Of a DNA stretch of 64,000 nt, positions 62,020-64,000 are shown piece by piece; positions within the stretch are counted from its first letter, which is position 1, and each line of letters begins with the position of its first letter. A model generated the notes under the pieces. The model ran no database searches. It was not told the origin of the DNA and saw only the letters and a program-made list of their open reading frames with translations. Origin of the DNA: the human T2T-CHM13v2.0 reference genome, Homo sapiens; assembly GCF_009914755.1 (NCBI RefSeq), contig NC_060941.1; one strand, written 5' to 3'. The position numbers and the translations under genes are program-made.

Positions 62020-64000
<1,981 letters not shown>

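Overview
Human-type (primate) genomic DNA, very Alu-dense, corresponding to the 17p13.2 ZNF594 / SCIMP interval. The one protein-coding gene fully reconstructable from the sequence is SCIMP (minus strand, 5 coding exons of 21+124+64+74+155 nt = 145 aa, all GT-AG). A CpG-island bidirectional promoter at ~0.8-1.5 kb has a minus-strand first exon (ZNF594 by recalled gene order) and a plus-strand first exon (divergent lncRNA heading antisense into SCIMP). The rest is Alu, L1, L2, MIR, ERV/MaLR LTRs and DNA transposons; nearly all other ORFs in the track are repeat artefacts. Main observations: (1) an old, stop-free duplicate of SCIMP's last coding exon ~4 kb downstream, with intact acceptor, only synonymous change across the YDDV block, and an Alu inserted in its middle; (2) signs that the human SCIMP C-terminus was shortened by a 1-nt frameshift; (3) a ~40-copy 41/42-bp VNTR inside an ERV1 solo LTR inside an Alu inside an MLT1, 5-7 kb upstream of SCIMP; (4) a compact STAT6/PU.1/IRF motif cluster in intron 1; (5) convergent CTCF motifs bracketing SCIMP; (6) a 35-bp hairpin made by local inverted duplication in a Tigger element. 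Repeat subfamily names and most repeat boundaries are by eye and approximate.
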